Below, in pieces: positions 49,846-59,950 of a stretch of 64,000 nt of DNA (its first letter is position 1; every line of letters begins with the position of its first letter). The notes below the pieces were generated by a model. It was given only the letters and a program-made list of their open reading frames with translations. It was not told where the DNA came from and searched no databases. Both the position numbers and the translations under genes were made by a program. Source of the stretch: Nitrospinota bacterium (GTDB lineage: Bacteria; UBA8248); NCBI GenBank assembly GCA_030754595.1, contig JASLZZ010000079.1, positions 1 to 64,000 on the forward strand, written 5' to 3'.

Positions 49846-50519
49846 TTCCGCGTCCCCTTTCCGGATTTGCACACTTTTTTCATCGAGGAGATGAACTCGC
49901 TCACGCGGCCGTGCTTGGTTTTCAGGCTGGCGCGGTTAACAATGAGACGGGCGGTGGCGCTGAAAATCTCCCGGATCGGAGTCAGCCCGTTCGCCAGGAG
50001 GGTACCGCCCGAATCCACCAGGTCCACGACGGCGTCCGCCACCCCGGTCGCCGGGGCAATCTCGACGTTTCCATAGAGATAGATCGTCTGGGCCTGGAGA
50101 CCATGGTCCTCGAAATAGCGGGCCGCAATCACGGGGAATTTCGTCGCGATGCGAAGATTCACCTTTCGAGACAAATCCTCCCAACTCACCCCATCCGGGG
50201 CGGCCACCATGAGGCGGCAGGGCGCGAAGCGCAGATCGAGCGGTTCGTAGACCCCGCTTCTCTGCTCGAGGAGAACATCCTTGCCGATGATGCCGAGGTC
50301 CGCCGCCCCGCGCTCGACGTAGGTGGGCACGTCGTAATTCCGCAGAATCAGCACCCGCGCCCCCGTTTTCCGGTCGTCGTGGATGAGGGAGCGGGATTTG
50401 TCCGATATCGCCTTCGACAGCAAACCGGCCTCGAGGAGACGCTCCATCGCCGTGGTGAATATCCGGCCCTTTGGCAACGCAATCGTCAGACCGTTTTTCC
50501 CGTTTTCGGTATCGCTCAT
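49842..50519 (-). CDS. hisG: ATP phosphoribosyltransferase, short form
   Basis: ALPKGR, DVPTYVE.G.ADLG..GKD, ATKF, DLVDSG.TL; 225 aa, no C-terminal regulatory domain. Confidence 0.95.
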   Translation of the reverse strand: MSDTENGKNGLTIALPKGRIFTTAMERLLEAGLLSKAISDKSRSLIHDDRKTGARVLILRNYDVPTYVERGAADLGIIGKDVLLEQRSGVYEPLDLRFAPCRLMVAAPDGVSWEDLSRKVNLRIATKFPVIAARYFEDHGLQAQTIYLYGNVEIAPATGVADAVVDLVDSGGTLLANGLTPIREIFSATARLIVNRASLKTKHGRVSEFISSMKKVCKSGKGTRK

Positions 50520-51772
50520 TCGCTCACCCGTTCGATTTCCGCGCCCAGGGTTCTCAGGCGCTCCTCAATCCGCTCGTAGCCGCGGTCGATATGGTAAACT
50601 CGGCGGACTATCGTATCACCTTTTGCGGCCAGCCCCGCGAGGACGAGAGATGCGCTCGCCCGCAGGTCCGTCGCCATGACATGAGCCCCGGCAAGAGACT
50701 CGACACCCTCGACATGCGCCGTGCGGCCGTCGGTGGCGATGTTCGCCCCCATCCGGACGAGCTCGGCCGCGTGCATGAAGCGGTTCTCGAAAATGGTCTC
50801 CGAGATGGCGCACGATCCTCGCGCCAGCGTCATCAGCGTCATGAACTGGGCCTGAAGATCGGTCGGAAACCCCGGATAGGCGGCGGTCTTGATGCTCACG
50901 GGTTGGAGGGGACCGTTCGCGAGAACGCGCACCCAATCGTTTCCCTCGGTGACGTCGAGACCCGCCTCGCGGAGCCGGAGCGTCAGCGAGCGCACGTGCT
51001 CGGGGATGCAGCGGTGGATCGTCACGTCTCCGCCCGTGATGGCCCCCGCGATCATGAAGGTTCCTGTTTCGATGCGGTCCGGAGGGACGCCGACCTCATA
51101 GCCGCCGAGCCGATCAACCCCCTCGATCTCGATGATCGGTGTCCCGGCGCCCGTCACCCGCCCGCCCATCTGATTCAGCAGATCAGCGAGGATGGACACC
51201 TCGGGCTCCTGGGCGGCGTTTTCGAGCACCGTCGTCCCCTCGGCGAGCGCTGCCGCCATCATCAGGTTCTTGGTCCCCGTCACGGTCACCATATCGAAGG
51301 AAACGCGAACGCCCTTTAGCCGCCCGGCTCGTGCGTCGATATACCCGTCCTTGATCGAAATTTCCGCCCCCATGGCCTCGAGGCCCTTGAGGTGCTGATC
51401 GATGGGGCGCGCGCCGATGGCGCATCCCCCCGGCAGGGAAACCTGCGCCCTGCCGAAGCGGGTGAGCAAAGGCCCGAGCACCATGACCGAGGCGCGCATC
51501 GTCCTCACCAGGTCGTAGGGCGCGGTTCCGGTGCGGACCTCCGAGGTGTCGATGGCGATCCGCCGGGGTGCGGGCCGCTCGATTCGAAGGCCGAACTCGG
51601 CGAGGAGTTTAAGAAAGGTTTCCGTGTCGCGGAGGTTGGGCACCCGGCTCAACCGGCAGGGCCCGTCCGCGAGAAGGGAGGCCGCCAGAATCGGGAGTGT
51701 GGCGTTCTTCGAGCCAGCCGCCTCGACGCCGCCGCGAAGGGCCTTTCCCCCGTGAATCAGGAATTGATCCAC
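50516..51772 (-). CDS. murA: UDP-N-acetylglucosamine 1-carboxyvinyltransferase
   Basis: GSKNATLP, LPGGCAIGARP, PDRIE, PGFPTDLQ, TDLRAS. Confidence 0.98.
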   Translation of the reverse strand: MDQFLIHGGKALRGGVEAAGSKNATLPILAASLLADGPCRLSRVPNLRDTETFLKLLAEFGLRIERPAPRRIAIDTSEVRTGTAPYDLVRTMRASVMVLGPLLTRFGRAQVSLPGGCAIGARPIDQHLKGLEAMGAEISIKDGYIDARAGRLKGVRVSFDMVTVTGTKNLMMAAALAEGTTVLENAAQEPEVSILADLLNQMGGRVTGAGTPIIEIEGVDRLGGYEVGVPPDRIETGTFMIAGAITGGDVTIHRCIPEHVRSLTLRLREAGLDVTEGNDWVRVLANGPLQPVSIKTAAYPGFPTDLQAQFMTLMTLARGSCAISETIFENRFMHAAELVRMGANIATDGRTAHVEGVESLAGAHVMATDLRASASLVLAGLAAKGDTIVRRVYHIDRGYERIEERLRTLGAEIERVSE

Positions 51773-51775
51773 TGT

Positions 51776-52666
51776 CTACACCGTTTCCGATTCGATGACG
51801 CGATCCCGCCCGGCAAGATCCCGGCGGACCATCGGCTCTCCATACGCGCGGGTGAGGCGCACCTCGGCCACGCACCAGGATATCTGCGCGGGATCCATCT
51901 CCATGAGGAGGATCCCCCCTCTTTTCAACCGGGCCGGGGCCTCGTGAACAATCCGGCGAAGGAACCGCATCCCGTCCGGCCCGCCGTCGAGGGCCTCGCG
52001 GGGCTCGTAGCGCGCCACCTCGGGCATCAGACCTCCGATTTCGGATGAGACAATGTAGGGGGGATTGGAAACCACGGCGTCGAATGACTCGTCCCCCGGG
52101 ATTTTTTCGAACAAGTCGGAGCAGACGGGCTCGAAGCGGTCTTCCACTCCGTTTCGCAGCGCGTTCCGGACCGCCAGTTCCAGGGCCGGACCGCTCGAGT
52201 CCACCGCCACCACGCGAGCGCCGGGAAGCTCCTTCGCCAGAGCCACGCCGATGGCGCCGCTGCCCGTCCCCAGATCGAGGATGCGCGGTGCGGCCGCCCC
52301 GCTCAGAAGCGCAGCGGCGCGTTCAACAAGGAGTTCGGTCTCGGGCCGGGGAATGAGGCCGGAGGGCTCCGCCCCGAAGGGGAGCGACCAGAACTCCCGC
52401 TCGCCGAGGATGTAGGCCAGCGGTTCCCGCCTCACGCGCCTTGAGGCCGCTTCCGAGAGCCGGGCCTTCGCCTCGGGGGGCAAGGCTTCCTCCCCCCGCG
52501 ACGCGAGATAGGAGCGATCACAATCCAGCGCCCAGCAAAGTAGCGCGGCGGCATCGCTGGCCGCGCCCTCGATCCCCGCCTGGCCCAAGCGGCGCCTCAG
52601 GTGCTCGGATTCGGCGCCCACGGAGCCCTCGGGCCACCGGGATTTCTTTAGCGTCAAAGGATTCAT
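51776..52666 (-). CDS. prmC: Release factor glutamine methyltransferase
   Basis: LIPRPETE, DLGTGSG, SNPPY; follows prfA. Confidence 0.96.
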   Translation of the reverse strand: MNPLTLKKSRWPEGSVGAESEHLRRRLGQAGIEGAASDAAALLCWALDCDRSYLASRGEEALPPEAKARLSEAASRRVRREPLAYILGEREFWSLPFGAEPSGLIPRPETELLVERAAALLSGAAAPRILDLGTGSGAIGVALAKELPGARVVAVDSSGPALELAVRNALRNGVEDRFEPVCSDLFEKIPGDESFDAVVSNPPYIVSSEIGGLMPEVARYEPREALDGGPDGMRFLRRIVHEAPARLKRGGILLMEMDPAQISWCVAEVRLTRAYGEPMVRRDLAGRDRVIESETV

Positions 52667-53754
52667 TCGGCTTTTTCCTCCGGAGCGTCCTCCTCGAACT
52701 CCGCCAGCCGCTCGGCCTCGCGGGTCTCGATTACGCGCCGCACCATCTCGCCGATATCGCCTTCGAGAAAGCTGTCGAGACTGTGCTGGGTGAATCCGAT
52801 GCGGTGATCGGTCACCCGATCCTGGGGGAAATTATAGGTCCTGATCCGATCGCTCCTGTCGCCCGAGCCTATCTGGCTCTTGCGCTCGGCGGAGCGCGCC
52901 TCGTTTAGCTTGCGCGTTTCAAAGTCAAGCAAGTGCGACAAGAGAATCTTCATCGCCTTGGCCTTGTTCTTATGCTGGCTCTTCTCGTCCTGGCAGGTGA
53001 CGACAAGGCCGGTGGGCTGATGGGTGATCCGGACGGCCGAGTCCGTGGTGTTCACGCTCTGGCCGCCGGGCCCCGATGAGCGGTAGACATCGATTCTGAT
53101 ATCGGTCTCGGGAACCTTCAGCTCAACTTCGTCGGCTTCGGGCAAGATGGCGACCGTCGCCGCCGAAGTGTGGATTCGCCCCTGGCTCTCGGTGACGGGG
53201 ACCCGCTGAACGCGGTGGGTGCCGCTCTCGAATTTGAGTTGACTGTAGGCGCCCGCGCCCTTGATCAGGGCCACGACTTCCTTCATCCCCCCCAGGTTGT
53301 TTTCATTCCGGCTCAACTCCTCGACGGTCCAACTACGGTTTTCCGCATAGCGGGCATACATCCGGTACAGGTCGCCCGCGAAAAGCGCCGCCTCGTCTCC
53401 ACCGGTGCCGGCGCGTATCTCGATGATGACGTTCTTTTCGTCATTGGGATCCCTGGGAAGCATCTGGCGGCGGAGGCGGAGTTCGATTTCCTCGAGCCGG
53501 GGCTCGTACATTTCAATCTCTTCTTTCGCCAGGTTGCCGATTTCGGTGTCGGAATCGTTCAGAAGAAGGCGCGCCTCGGCGAGTGTCTCGGTGCAGGAGC
53601 GCCACTCGTCGTAAATTTCGACGATCCGCGTGATCTCTTTATGCTCGCGGGCCGTTTGCTCGAATTTCTTGCGGTCTTTTATCAGGTTCGGATCGGAGAG
53701 GCGCTCCTCGAGAACCTTGTGTTTCTCGATAATCTGATCGAGTTTCTCAAACAT
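52663..53754 (-). CDS. prfA: Peptide chain release factor 1
   Basis: PVT (PxT) motif, GGQ, RTYNFPQ. Confidence 0.98.
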   Translation of the reverse strand: MFEKLDQIIEKHKVLEERLSDPNLIKDRKKFEQTAREHKEITRIVEIYDEWRSCTETLAEARLLLNDSDTEIGNLAKEEIEMYEPRLEEIELRLRRQMLPRDPNDEKNVIIEIRAGTGGDEAALFAGDLYRMYARYAENRSWTVEELSRNENNLGGMKEVVALIKGAGAYSQLKFESGTHRVQRVPVTESQGRIHTSAATVAILPEADEVELKVPETDIRIDVYRSSGPGGQSVNTTDSAVRITHQPTGLVVTCQDEKSQHKNKAKAMKILLSHLLDFETRKLNEARSAERKSQIGSGDRSDRIRTYNFPQDRVTDHRIGFTQHSLDSFLEGDIGEMVRRVIETREAERLAEFEEDAPEEKAE

Positions 53755-53848
53755 GGCGCTGAGGCTCCGTCCCCGCCGGGAGCGGGCTAGACGCCGGCGC
53801 GGGAGGCTGGGAACGCTCCGGAATCGGCCTCAAATCGAAAGGGGAAAC

Positions 53849-54469
53849 TTAGGACTGCTCGGTTGACTCGGAAGCCGCCTCCGCTGCGGGGGCATAGGTA
53901 TCCCCGGCAGGCGCTTCACCCCCTCCCACGCTCGATTCGGCCTCGGCCGCGGGCGTTTCAACCTTGGCCGCGGGCGTTTCAACCTTGGCCGCGGGCGCTT
54001 CAACCTTGGCCGCGGGCGCTTCAACCTTGGCCGCGGACGCTTCAACCTTGGCCGCGGACGCTTCAGTCTCACTGGCGGCGGGGGCAGCCGCCTCCTCGGC
54101 GTCTTGGGCTGCCTTGAGGGCGGCTTGCTCCTCACGGCGGCGAATCCGGGCTTCCTCGCGCGCCGTCTTCTCGTCCGCGGCCTTTGTCTTCTCGCGCTCC
54201 TCGACCGCGGCGATTTCGGCCTGCCGCGCCTCCTGCTTACGCTTCCGTTTTGAGACGCGGATTTCCTTGCCCTGGAACTTTTTGACGAATTTCTCGACGC
54301 GCCCCTCGGTGTCGATAATACGGGACTGCTTGCCGGTATAGAAAGGATGGCAATTGGAACACACCTCGATGCGGATATTCTCCACGGTCGAATGAGTCTT
54401 GAATTCGGTTTGGCATCCGCTGCAGGTGACTGTCGTCTCATGCAATTCGGGATGAATTTCCGTTCTCAT
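53849..54469 (-). CDS. rpmE: 50S ribosomal protein L31 (Zn-binding type) with long C-terminal extension
   Basis: MRTEIHP...CSGC...[11 protein letters not shown]...GRVEKF, then about 135 extra charged and Ala-rich residues. Confidence 0.93.
   Translation of the reverse strand: MRTEIHPELHETTVTCSGCQTEFKTHSTVENIRIEVCSNCHPFYTGKQSRIIDTEGRVEKFVKKFQGKEIRVSKRKRKQEARQAEIAAVEEREKTKAADEKTAREEARIRRREEQAALKAAQDAEEAAAPAASETEASAAKVEASAAKVEAPAAKVEAPAAKVETPAAKVETPAAEAESSVGGGEAPAGDTYAPAAEAASESTEQS
53942..54065 (-). repeat. In-frame 21-bp tandem repeat (AAKVE[A/T][S/P]) in the rpmE tail
   Basis: ttcaaccttggccgcgg at 53957, 53978, 53999, 54020 and 54041, plus partial flanking units. Confidence 0.95.
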
Positions 54470-54623
54470 CGATTCTCGCTCCTTCCGCCGGGGGCGGCGT
54501 GATCGGACCCTCCGGCCCCCGCTCCCGAAAACTTCCAACAAATCCCCCCGGGACAATCCACAGAGGGCGAAACCGATATCGCCGTGCGGACGCCCTGGGA
54601 CGCCTCATGGCGAGGAAGGCGTT

Positions 54624-54652
54624 TTTATACCGAAACTCCCTATCGTTGTCCA
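54624..54652 (-). promoter_or_regulatory. Putative promoter for rpmE-prfA
   Basis: TGGACA-N17-TATAAA. Confidence 0.5.
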
Positions 54653-54781
54653 CCACCAGGAAAGGGACCGAACTCCGGCCCTTCCAAGGGGGAAAAACGG
54701 AAATTCGCGGCGTAACGGCCGACCGGAGCCCCGCCTAACGCGACCACTTCCCCCCCCCCTTCAACAGAGCAAGGAGAGAGC

Positions 54782-56071
54782 CTAGCTGTTCAACGAGAGC
54801 AGGAAGCCCTCGTTGGTATCCGTCTCGTTGACCTTCTGGATGAGGAGTTCCATCGAGTCCACGCTGCCCAGGGGCTGCAGAACCTTCCGGAGCACCCACA
54901 CCCGATTGAGGTCGGCCTCGGACATGAGGAGTTCCTCTTTCCGGGTGCCCGACTTGCTGATGTCGATCGAGGGGAAAACTCGCTTATCGGAAAGCTTGCG
55001 GTCGAGGTGGACCTCCATGTTGCCTGTGCCCTTGAATTCCTCGAAAATCACGTCGTCCATCCTGCTGCCGGTTTCGACCAGCGCGGTGGCGAGTATGGTG
55101 AGGCTGCCGCCCTCCTCGAGGTTCCGCGCCGCCCCGAAGAACCGCTTCGGGCGCTGGAGGGCGTTCGAGTCCACGCCGCCGGAGAGCACTTTTCCGCTTG
55201 GGGAGATAATGGTGTTGTGCGCCCGCGCCAGGCGGGTGATGGAGTCGAGAAGGATTACAACGTCCTTTTTATGTTCGACGAGCCGCTTGGCTTTCTCGAG
55301 GACCATGTCCGCGACCTGTACGTGCCGGGTTGCGGGCTCGTCGAAGGTCGAGCTGACCACTTCACCCCGGACCGAGCGCTCCATGTCGGTGACCTCCTCG
55401 GGCCGCTCGTCGATCAGCAATACGATGAGATGAGTGTCGGGAAAGTTGGTGGCGATGCTTTTGGCGATTGCCTGAAGGAGCATCGTCTTACCCGTTCGAG
55501 GGGCGGCGACGATGAGGCCGCGCTGACCGAAACCGATGGGCGTCATCAGGTCGAGTACGCGGATGCTGGCGTCCTTGGTGCCGTTGCTGGTGATTTCGAG
55601 ATTAATGCGCCGGTCGGGGTATAAAGGCGTCAGGTTGTCGAAGAGGACCTTGTCCTTACTTGCCTCGGGCGGCTCGAAGTTTACTTGCTCCACTTTCAGG
55701 AGGGCAAAGTAGCGCTCCCCTTCCTTTGGCTGCCGGATTTGGCCGCTGACCGTATCGCCGGTGCGCAGATCGAAACGCCGGATCTGGCTGGGCGAGACAT
55801 AGATATCGTCGGGACCGGGCAAATAGTTGTAAGCCGTCGAACGCAAAAAACCGAAGCCGTCGGGCAAGATTTCGATCACGCCCTCCCCGTAGATTACGCC
55901 GTCACGATCTTTTCCGGATTGAGCCTCGATGATCTTGTAGATCAGATCCTGCTTGCGGAGTCCGCTAACGCCCTCCACTTTGAGTTCCTTGAGGATCTCA
56001 TTCAGCTCGGTAATGGTCTTCCTCTTCAGTTCTGCAAGATTCAGCTCTCGCTCCTTGGAGGCAACTGGCAT
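54782..56071 (-). CDS. rho: Transcription termination factor Rho
   Basis: [51 protein letters not shown]. Confidence 0.98.
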   Translation of the reverse strand: MPVASKERELNLAELKRKTITELNEILKELKVEGVSGLRKQDLIYKIIEAQSGKDRDGVIYGEGVIEILPDGFGFLRSTAYNYLPGPDDIYVSPSQIRRFDLRTGDTVSGQIRQPKEGERYFALLKVEQVNFEPPEASKDKVLFDNLTPLYPDRRINLEITSNGTKDASIRVLDLMTPIGFGQRGLIVAAPRTGKTMLLQAIAKSIATNFPDTHLIVLLIDERPEEVTDMERSVRGEVVSSTFDEPATRHVQVADMVLEKAKRLVEHKKDVVILLDSITRLARAHNTIISPSGKVLSGGVDSNALQRPKRFFGAARNLEEGGSLTILATALVETGSRMDDVIFEEFKGTGNMEVHLDRKLSDKRVFPSIDISKSGTRKEELLMSEADLNRVWVLRKVLQPLGSVDSMELLIQKVNETDTNEGFLLSLNS

Positions 56072-56518
56072 TCCTTCCTTCTCCTTACTTGGTGGGCAAG
56101 TCGTCGCCACCCAGGGCCTAGAACAGTGCCGCGACAGGCACCGTCACCGCCAAGCCCGTTGCAGGGAGGCAAACACGTGCAGCCTCTGGTGACGAATAAA
56201 CATAAAAGTCAAATACTTCACAGGTGAAATTCGTGTGGTTATCGGACGGCATTGAGTGGTTCCAATTTTTCTTCTTTTCTACAAACCCAAGTAACCGAGA
56301 GGGTATTTAGAATCCAGGGATGTGAAAAAATCCTTGAGCCAGAAATTCGAGCAGTAGATTCGCCAAAAACCATCGGTGAGGCACTCAATCCAGAGCGGCG
56401 TCTCAAGCTTATTTGCCGCTTGGCCCCTATTCGAATCAATGAAAACCGATAATTGGTTTGAAGCGCCGGAACTGCGGGCGATAAGCTGATTGGGGATACA
56501 ACAACCAAACCAACTATA

Positions 56519-56547
56519 AATGTAGGGGGCCAGGAAAACTTTGTCAA
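56519..56547 (-). promoter_or_regulatory. Putative rho promoter, about 440 nt upstream of the start codon
   Basis: TTGACA-N17-TACATT. Confidence 0.6.
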
Positions 56548-56560
56548 TCCATCTTTTTCT

Positions 56561-57175
56561 TTATTTCTTGGCCCTTTCCTTGAGCCACCTAACCAGACTT
56601 TCCGCTTCGGCCGCCAAATCCGGCAGGCTTCCGCTGTTATCCACCACCCGATCCGCCAGCTTCACCTTCTCGGAAAGGGGCATTTGAGCTTCGATTCGAG
56701 CGCGGGCGGCCGCCTCCTCCACGCCCGCGCGCTCCATGAAACGCTCTATTTGCTGAGCTTCTCCGCAATTCACCACAACGACGAGATCAAATCGCTTCGA
56801 CCCGCCAGACTCGATCATCAGCGCCGCCTCGACGACAGCCACCGGCGATTCGCCGGCCTCTTCGATGCGATTTAGCCATCGATCCTGCTCGGCCATGATG
56901 CGCGGGTGGAGAATTTTTTCGAGAGCTTTTCTTTTCGCGTCATCGGCGAAAACGATTTGGCCAACGCGTTTTCGGTCGAGGCCCCCGTCCGGAGCTACAA
57001 CTTCGGCTCCGAGAGCGCGGGCGATTTCGGGGAGCACCTCCGAGCCGGGAGCGACAAGAACGCGCGCGATGGTATCGGAGTCGATGACGGGTATGCCTCT
57101 TTCGGAGAGCAATTTGGCGAGAGAACTTTTGCCGCTGGCGATTCCGCCCGTGAGGCCAACGCGAAGCAAGCTCAT
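56561..57175 (-). CDS. coaE: Dephospho-CoA kinase
   Basis: VGLTGGIASGKS, LDRK, ILHP, AQM, DNSG. Confidence 0.96.
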   Translation of the reverse strand: MSLLRVGLTGGIASGKSSLAKLLSERGIPVIDSDTIARVLVAPGSEVLPEIARALGAEVVAPDGGLDRKRVGQIVFADDAKRKALEKILHPRIMAEQDRWLNRIEEAGESPVAVVEAALMIESGGSKRFDLVVVVNCGEAQQIERFMERAGVEEAAARARIEAQMPLSEKVKLADRVVDNSGSLPDLAAEAESLVRWLKERAKK

Positions 57176-57214
57176 CTTCCGCCGTGCAACGAGCATCTCA
57201 CTTCGGCGGACCCG

Positions 57215-57490
57215 CTAAACACCCCGGCGAGTGGCCTCCTGCTCGTAATGCTTGACGTAGAGAATTTCCCACTCCCGGGTTCCTTCGATGAGACGGCTCG
57301 AGTAGCTGCTGAGAACCCTGCGGACCTCTTCATCGATATCATCGTCGATTGTCAACTCGTTCGTGATTGCCCGGACGATGTTGATCCGAACATCGGTGGT
57401 CTCGCCGAGGAAGAAAACGTCCTCGGAGTCCTCCAAATCCTTGACGATGAGATTCGAGAGGTGGTTGATCTTCTCGCGGTTGATGCGCAT
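57215..57490 (-). CDS. DUF507 family protein
   Basis: MRINREKINHLS...IDEEVRRVLSSY...EGTREWEILY; tandem paralogue pair upstream of coaE. Confidence 0.75.
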   Translation of the reverse strand: MRINREKINHLSNLIVKDLEDSEDVFFLGETTDVRINIVRAITNELTIDDDIDEEVRRVLSSYSSRLIEGTREWEILYVKHYEQEATRRGV

Positions 57491-57535
57491 CGCAGCGCCC
57501 TTCCTTTCCGTAATAACGCTCGCGCAGCCGGACGA

Positions 57536-57817
57536 CTAAAGGACCAGGTTCCGTTCACGGGCGAGCTTGGTCTTCACCATCGTGAACATCCGGCTGTAAT
57601 CGACGTTGTCCTTGTCCATTTCGTCCTGATGATCGCGGAGAATATCCTTCACCTCATCGTTCAACCGGTCCTCGACCAGAAGATCCTCCTCAATGAGGTT
57701 GACTATCCGGGTGCGAAGCGCCTCCTCGTCCGTATTAATTTCGATGATTTCCCGCCTGAGCAGACGATCTACAATTTTCACGGAAATTCGCTCGATCATC
57801 TCTTTCCGCAAACGCAT
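57536..57817 (-). CDS. DUF507 family protein
   Basis: MRLRKEMIERIS...EDRLNDEVKDIL...DYSRMFTMVKTKLARERNLVL. Confidence 0.8.
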   Translation of the reverse strand: MRLRKEMIERISVKIVDRLLRREIIEINTDEEALRTRIVNLIEEDLLVEDRLNDEVKDILRDHQDEMDKDNVDYSRMFTMVKTKLARERNLVL

Positions 57818-57984
57818 TTCCCAACCTCCCGGCCGTAGGAGCGGCCCGAAATCCGAGCATTTGACCATCGGACAGGCAGGAGCCGGCGCCCATCAGGCGC
57901 CGGCACATCCAGCCCAATCACCATGACAATACCCCATCTCGGCGGCCATTTGCACCCCCCCGCCAGTCAGTCCCGACGGTGGCG

Positions 57985-58851
57985 CTAGAGCGCCGCCTTC
58001 GCCCTTCGCCGAAGGCCCAGATAATTTCGTACGGGCTGGCGGAACTGGCCAATTCGCTCGGGCCCCGGCCGCGCGCCGTGACAATCGGACCCTCCCATGG
58101 GAATCAAACCATAGCGCTCGGCCAGCGCAAGGTAATGACGCCGCGCTTCCTCGTCCTGGGAGGGATGCTCCACTTCTATGCCCGCCAAGCCGGCCGAAAC
58201 CAGCTCCGGGATAATCTCATCCGATTCGCTCAGGTTCGGGTGGGCAAGAGTCGCGGCGCCGCCCGCCCCGGCGATTAGCCTCACCGCCTCGTCCGGCGCG
58301 ATCATCGCGAGCTCCACATAGGCGGGACCACCCTCCCCGAGATATTTTCCAAAAACCTCCTCACGATTCGAAACGAGATTTTTCCGGACCATATAGGCCG
58401 AAAGATGTCCCCGCCCGATGCTCGAGGCCCGGCCGTACTCCCGCAGGAAATCCTCCTTGTCGATCGGGACGCTCAAAGCCCGTAGCCGCTCGAGCATCTC
58501 CCCCATCCGGGTCCGCCGGCTCTCCATATACATTTTCATTTGAGTTCCCAACTCCGGATCCTCCGGCCGGATGAAATGACCCAGGACGTGGACAAGGTGT
58601 CCGCCGTGAACCGAGGAGAGTTCGATGCCGTTCACGAATTCGAGGCCGAGGCGTTTCGCCTCACTACGGGCCTCGCCAAGACCGGCAACGGTGTCGTGGT
58701 CCGTCAGGGAGACGACGCTGAGCCCGGCCGATTTCGCACGCTCCATGACGCGCCGGGGCGGGTACTCGCCGTCCGAGGCGCTTGAGTGGAGATGCAGGTC
58801 AACCACGAGGGAATCCTCGGGAATATCGAAAACCTGTTGACCGGAGGCCAT
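57985..58851 (-). CDS. PHP domain phosphatase (TrpH/YciV-like)
   Basis: DLHLHSSASDG, LTDHD, GIELS, LAHP, GGSDCHG. Confidence 0.9.
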   Translation of the reverse strand: MASGQQVFDIPEDSLVVDLHLHSSASDGEYPPRRVMERAKSAGLSVVSLTDHDTVAGLGEARSEAKRLGLEFVNGIELSSVHGGHLVHVLGHFIRPEDPELGTQMKMYMESRRTRMGEMLERLRALSVPIDKEDFLREYGRASSIGRGHLSAYMVRKNLVSNREEVFGKYLGEGGPAYVELAMIAPDEAVRLIAGAGGAATLAHPNLSESDEIIPELVSAGLAGIEVEHPSQDEEARRHYLALAERYGLIPMGGSDCHGARPGPERIGQFRQPVRNYLGLRRRAKAAL

Positions 58852-58930
58852 CGGACCAAGCTCCTCCCTTCGCCTACGCGGCGGGAAGATACGGATTCGG
58901 CGGTTACCGTAGACGGATGGATATTATTAT

Positions 58931-59005
58931 TGGAGCGGGTGATGGGATTCGAACCCACGACGTCCAGCTTGGGAAGCTGGCACTCTACCACTGAGTTACA
59001 CCCGC
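58931..59005 (-). tRNA. tRNA-Gly(CCC)
   Basis: GCGGGTG/CACCCGC acceptor, CCAGC-TTCCCAA-GCTGG arm, TCCA end. Confidence 0.96.
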
Positions 59006-59042
59006 CTATGGCCCAGACGATATGACCCTCCGGCGCGGGGTG

Positions 59043-59927
59043 TCAAGGCGCGGGACCGGTCTCGCGGCCCATCGTCCAGGCGGAATCGGCGTACCGCCGC
59101 CGCTCGGCCTTCCGGGCGCGCTCCGCCTCCTCGCCGGTCAGGGGCTCGTCAAGAAAAGAACCGAAGGTCTCCTCCATCCCGCCGCGCAGGGCGAGTGCGG
59201 CCTCCCGGTAGCTCACTTCCCGGCCCAACACTTCGCACAGACCGGCGGCGTGGTCGGCCTGGGAGGTCTCCCGGACCTGGGAGGTCTCCCGGGCCTGGCT
59301 TTCTCCCGAGGAGCGGTCCCTGAGGAGCGATGCCAGGCGATCCTCGGGCGAGTCGAGGAGAATGCTCCCGTGCTGAAGGATGGCCCTCCCCTCCCGGCAT
59401 TGAGCGCTGCCGGCCACCTTCCGCCCGCCGATGGATATCTCCCAGACCGAGGTGGTGGCAAAACAAGAAGGCTGAGAAGCGTAGGCCCCTCCGCTGGGCG
59501 GTGCGAACTCGGCGGAGATCCCTAGCCGCCCGAGCCCCGCCGCGAGGCCCTCGCTGATCCGGCGGTAGCTTTCTTCGATCGTATCGCCGAGAAGAGCCTC
59601 GGAGCCGACGACCGAATAGGTGATCTCCCGGTCATGCAGCACCGCCCGTCCCCCGGTGAGTCTCCGGCATAGGTCGATCCCCTCCTTCGAGAGTCGCTCG
59701 ATGAAAACGTCCCGCCTGGCGGATTGGTTTCGGCCGAGGGTCAGCGCCGCCGGTGACCAGGCATAGAGTCGAAACGTGAAAGGGGCCTCGCCGGGCGGGC
59801 CGCCCGAGGCCAAGTGGGAGCGGCAATTATCCAGAAGGACTTCATCGACAGCCATGTTCCAAGCGCCGCGCGCTGGTCCACAGTCGAGAAATCGGCCGGA
59901 TTTTAATTTCGCCTGAGGGAAATTCAT
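59043..59927 (-). CDS. Lipoate-protein ligase / octanoyltransferase (LplA/LipM family)
   Basis: NMAVDE, RRLTGGRAVLH, KVAGSAQ, QHGSI; directly downstream of the gcv genes. Confidence 0.9.
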   Translation of the reverse strand: MNFPQAKLKSGRFLDCGPARGAWNMAVDEVLLDNCRSHLASGGPPGEAPFTFRLYAWSPAALTLGRNQSARRDVFIERLSKEGIDLCRRLTGGRAVLHDREITYSVVGSEALLGDTIEESYRRISEGLAAGLGRLGISAEFAPPSGGAYASQPSCFATTSVWEISIGGRKVAGSAQCREGRAILQHGSILLDSPEDRLASLLRDRSSGESQARETSQVRETSQADHAAGLCEVLGREVSYREAALALRGGMEETFGSFLDEPLTGEEAERARKAERRRYADSAWTMGRETGPAP

Positions 59928-59950
59928 CCAGGGGGCTCCAGGACCGCCCG

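Noticed and set aside
53942..54065. CRISPR-like array
   Set aside because: The repeats are contiguous without unique spacers, lie in frame in rpmE, and there are no cas genes.
56239..56547. 102-aa ORF upstream of rho
   Set aside because: Its TTG start is the -35 hexamer, with no RBS and no recognisable protein features.
58704..59025. Small ORFs overlapping tRNA-Gly
   Set aside because: Translations of tRNA sequence.
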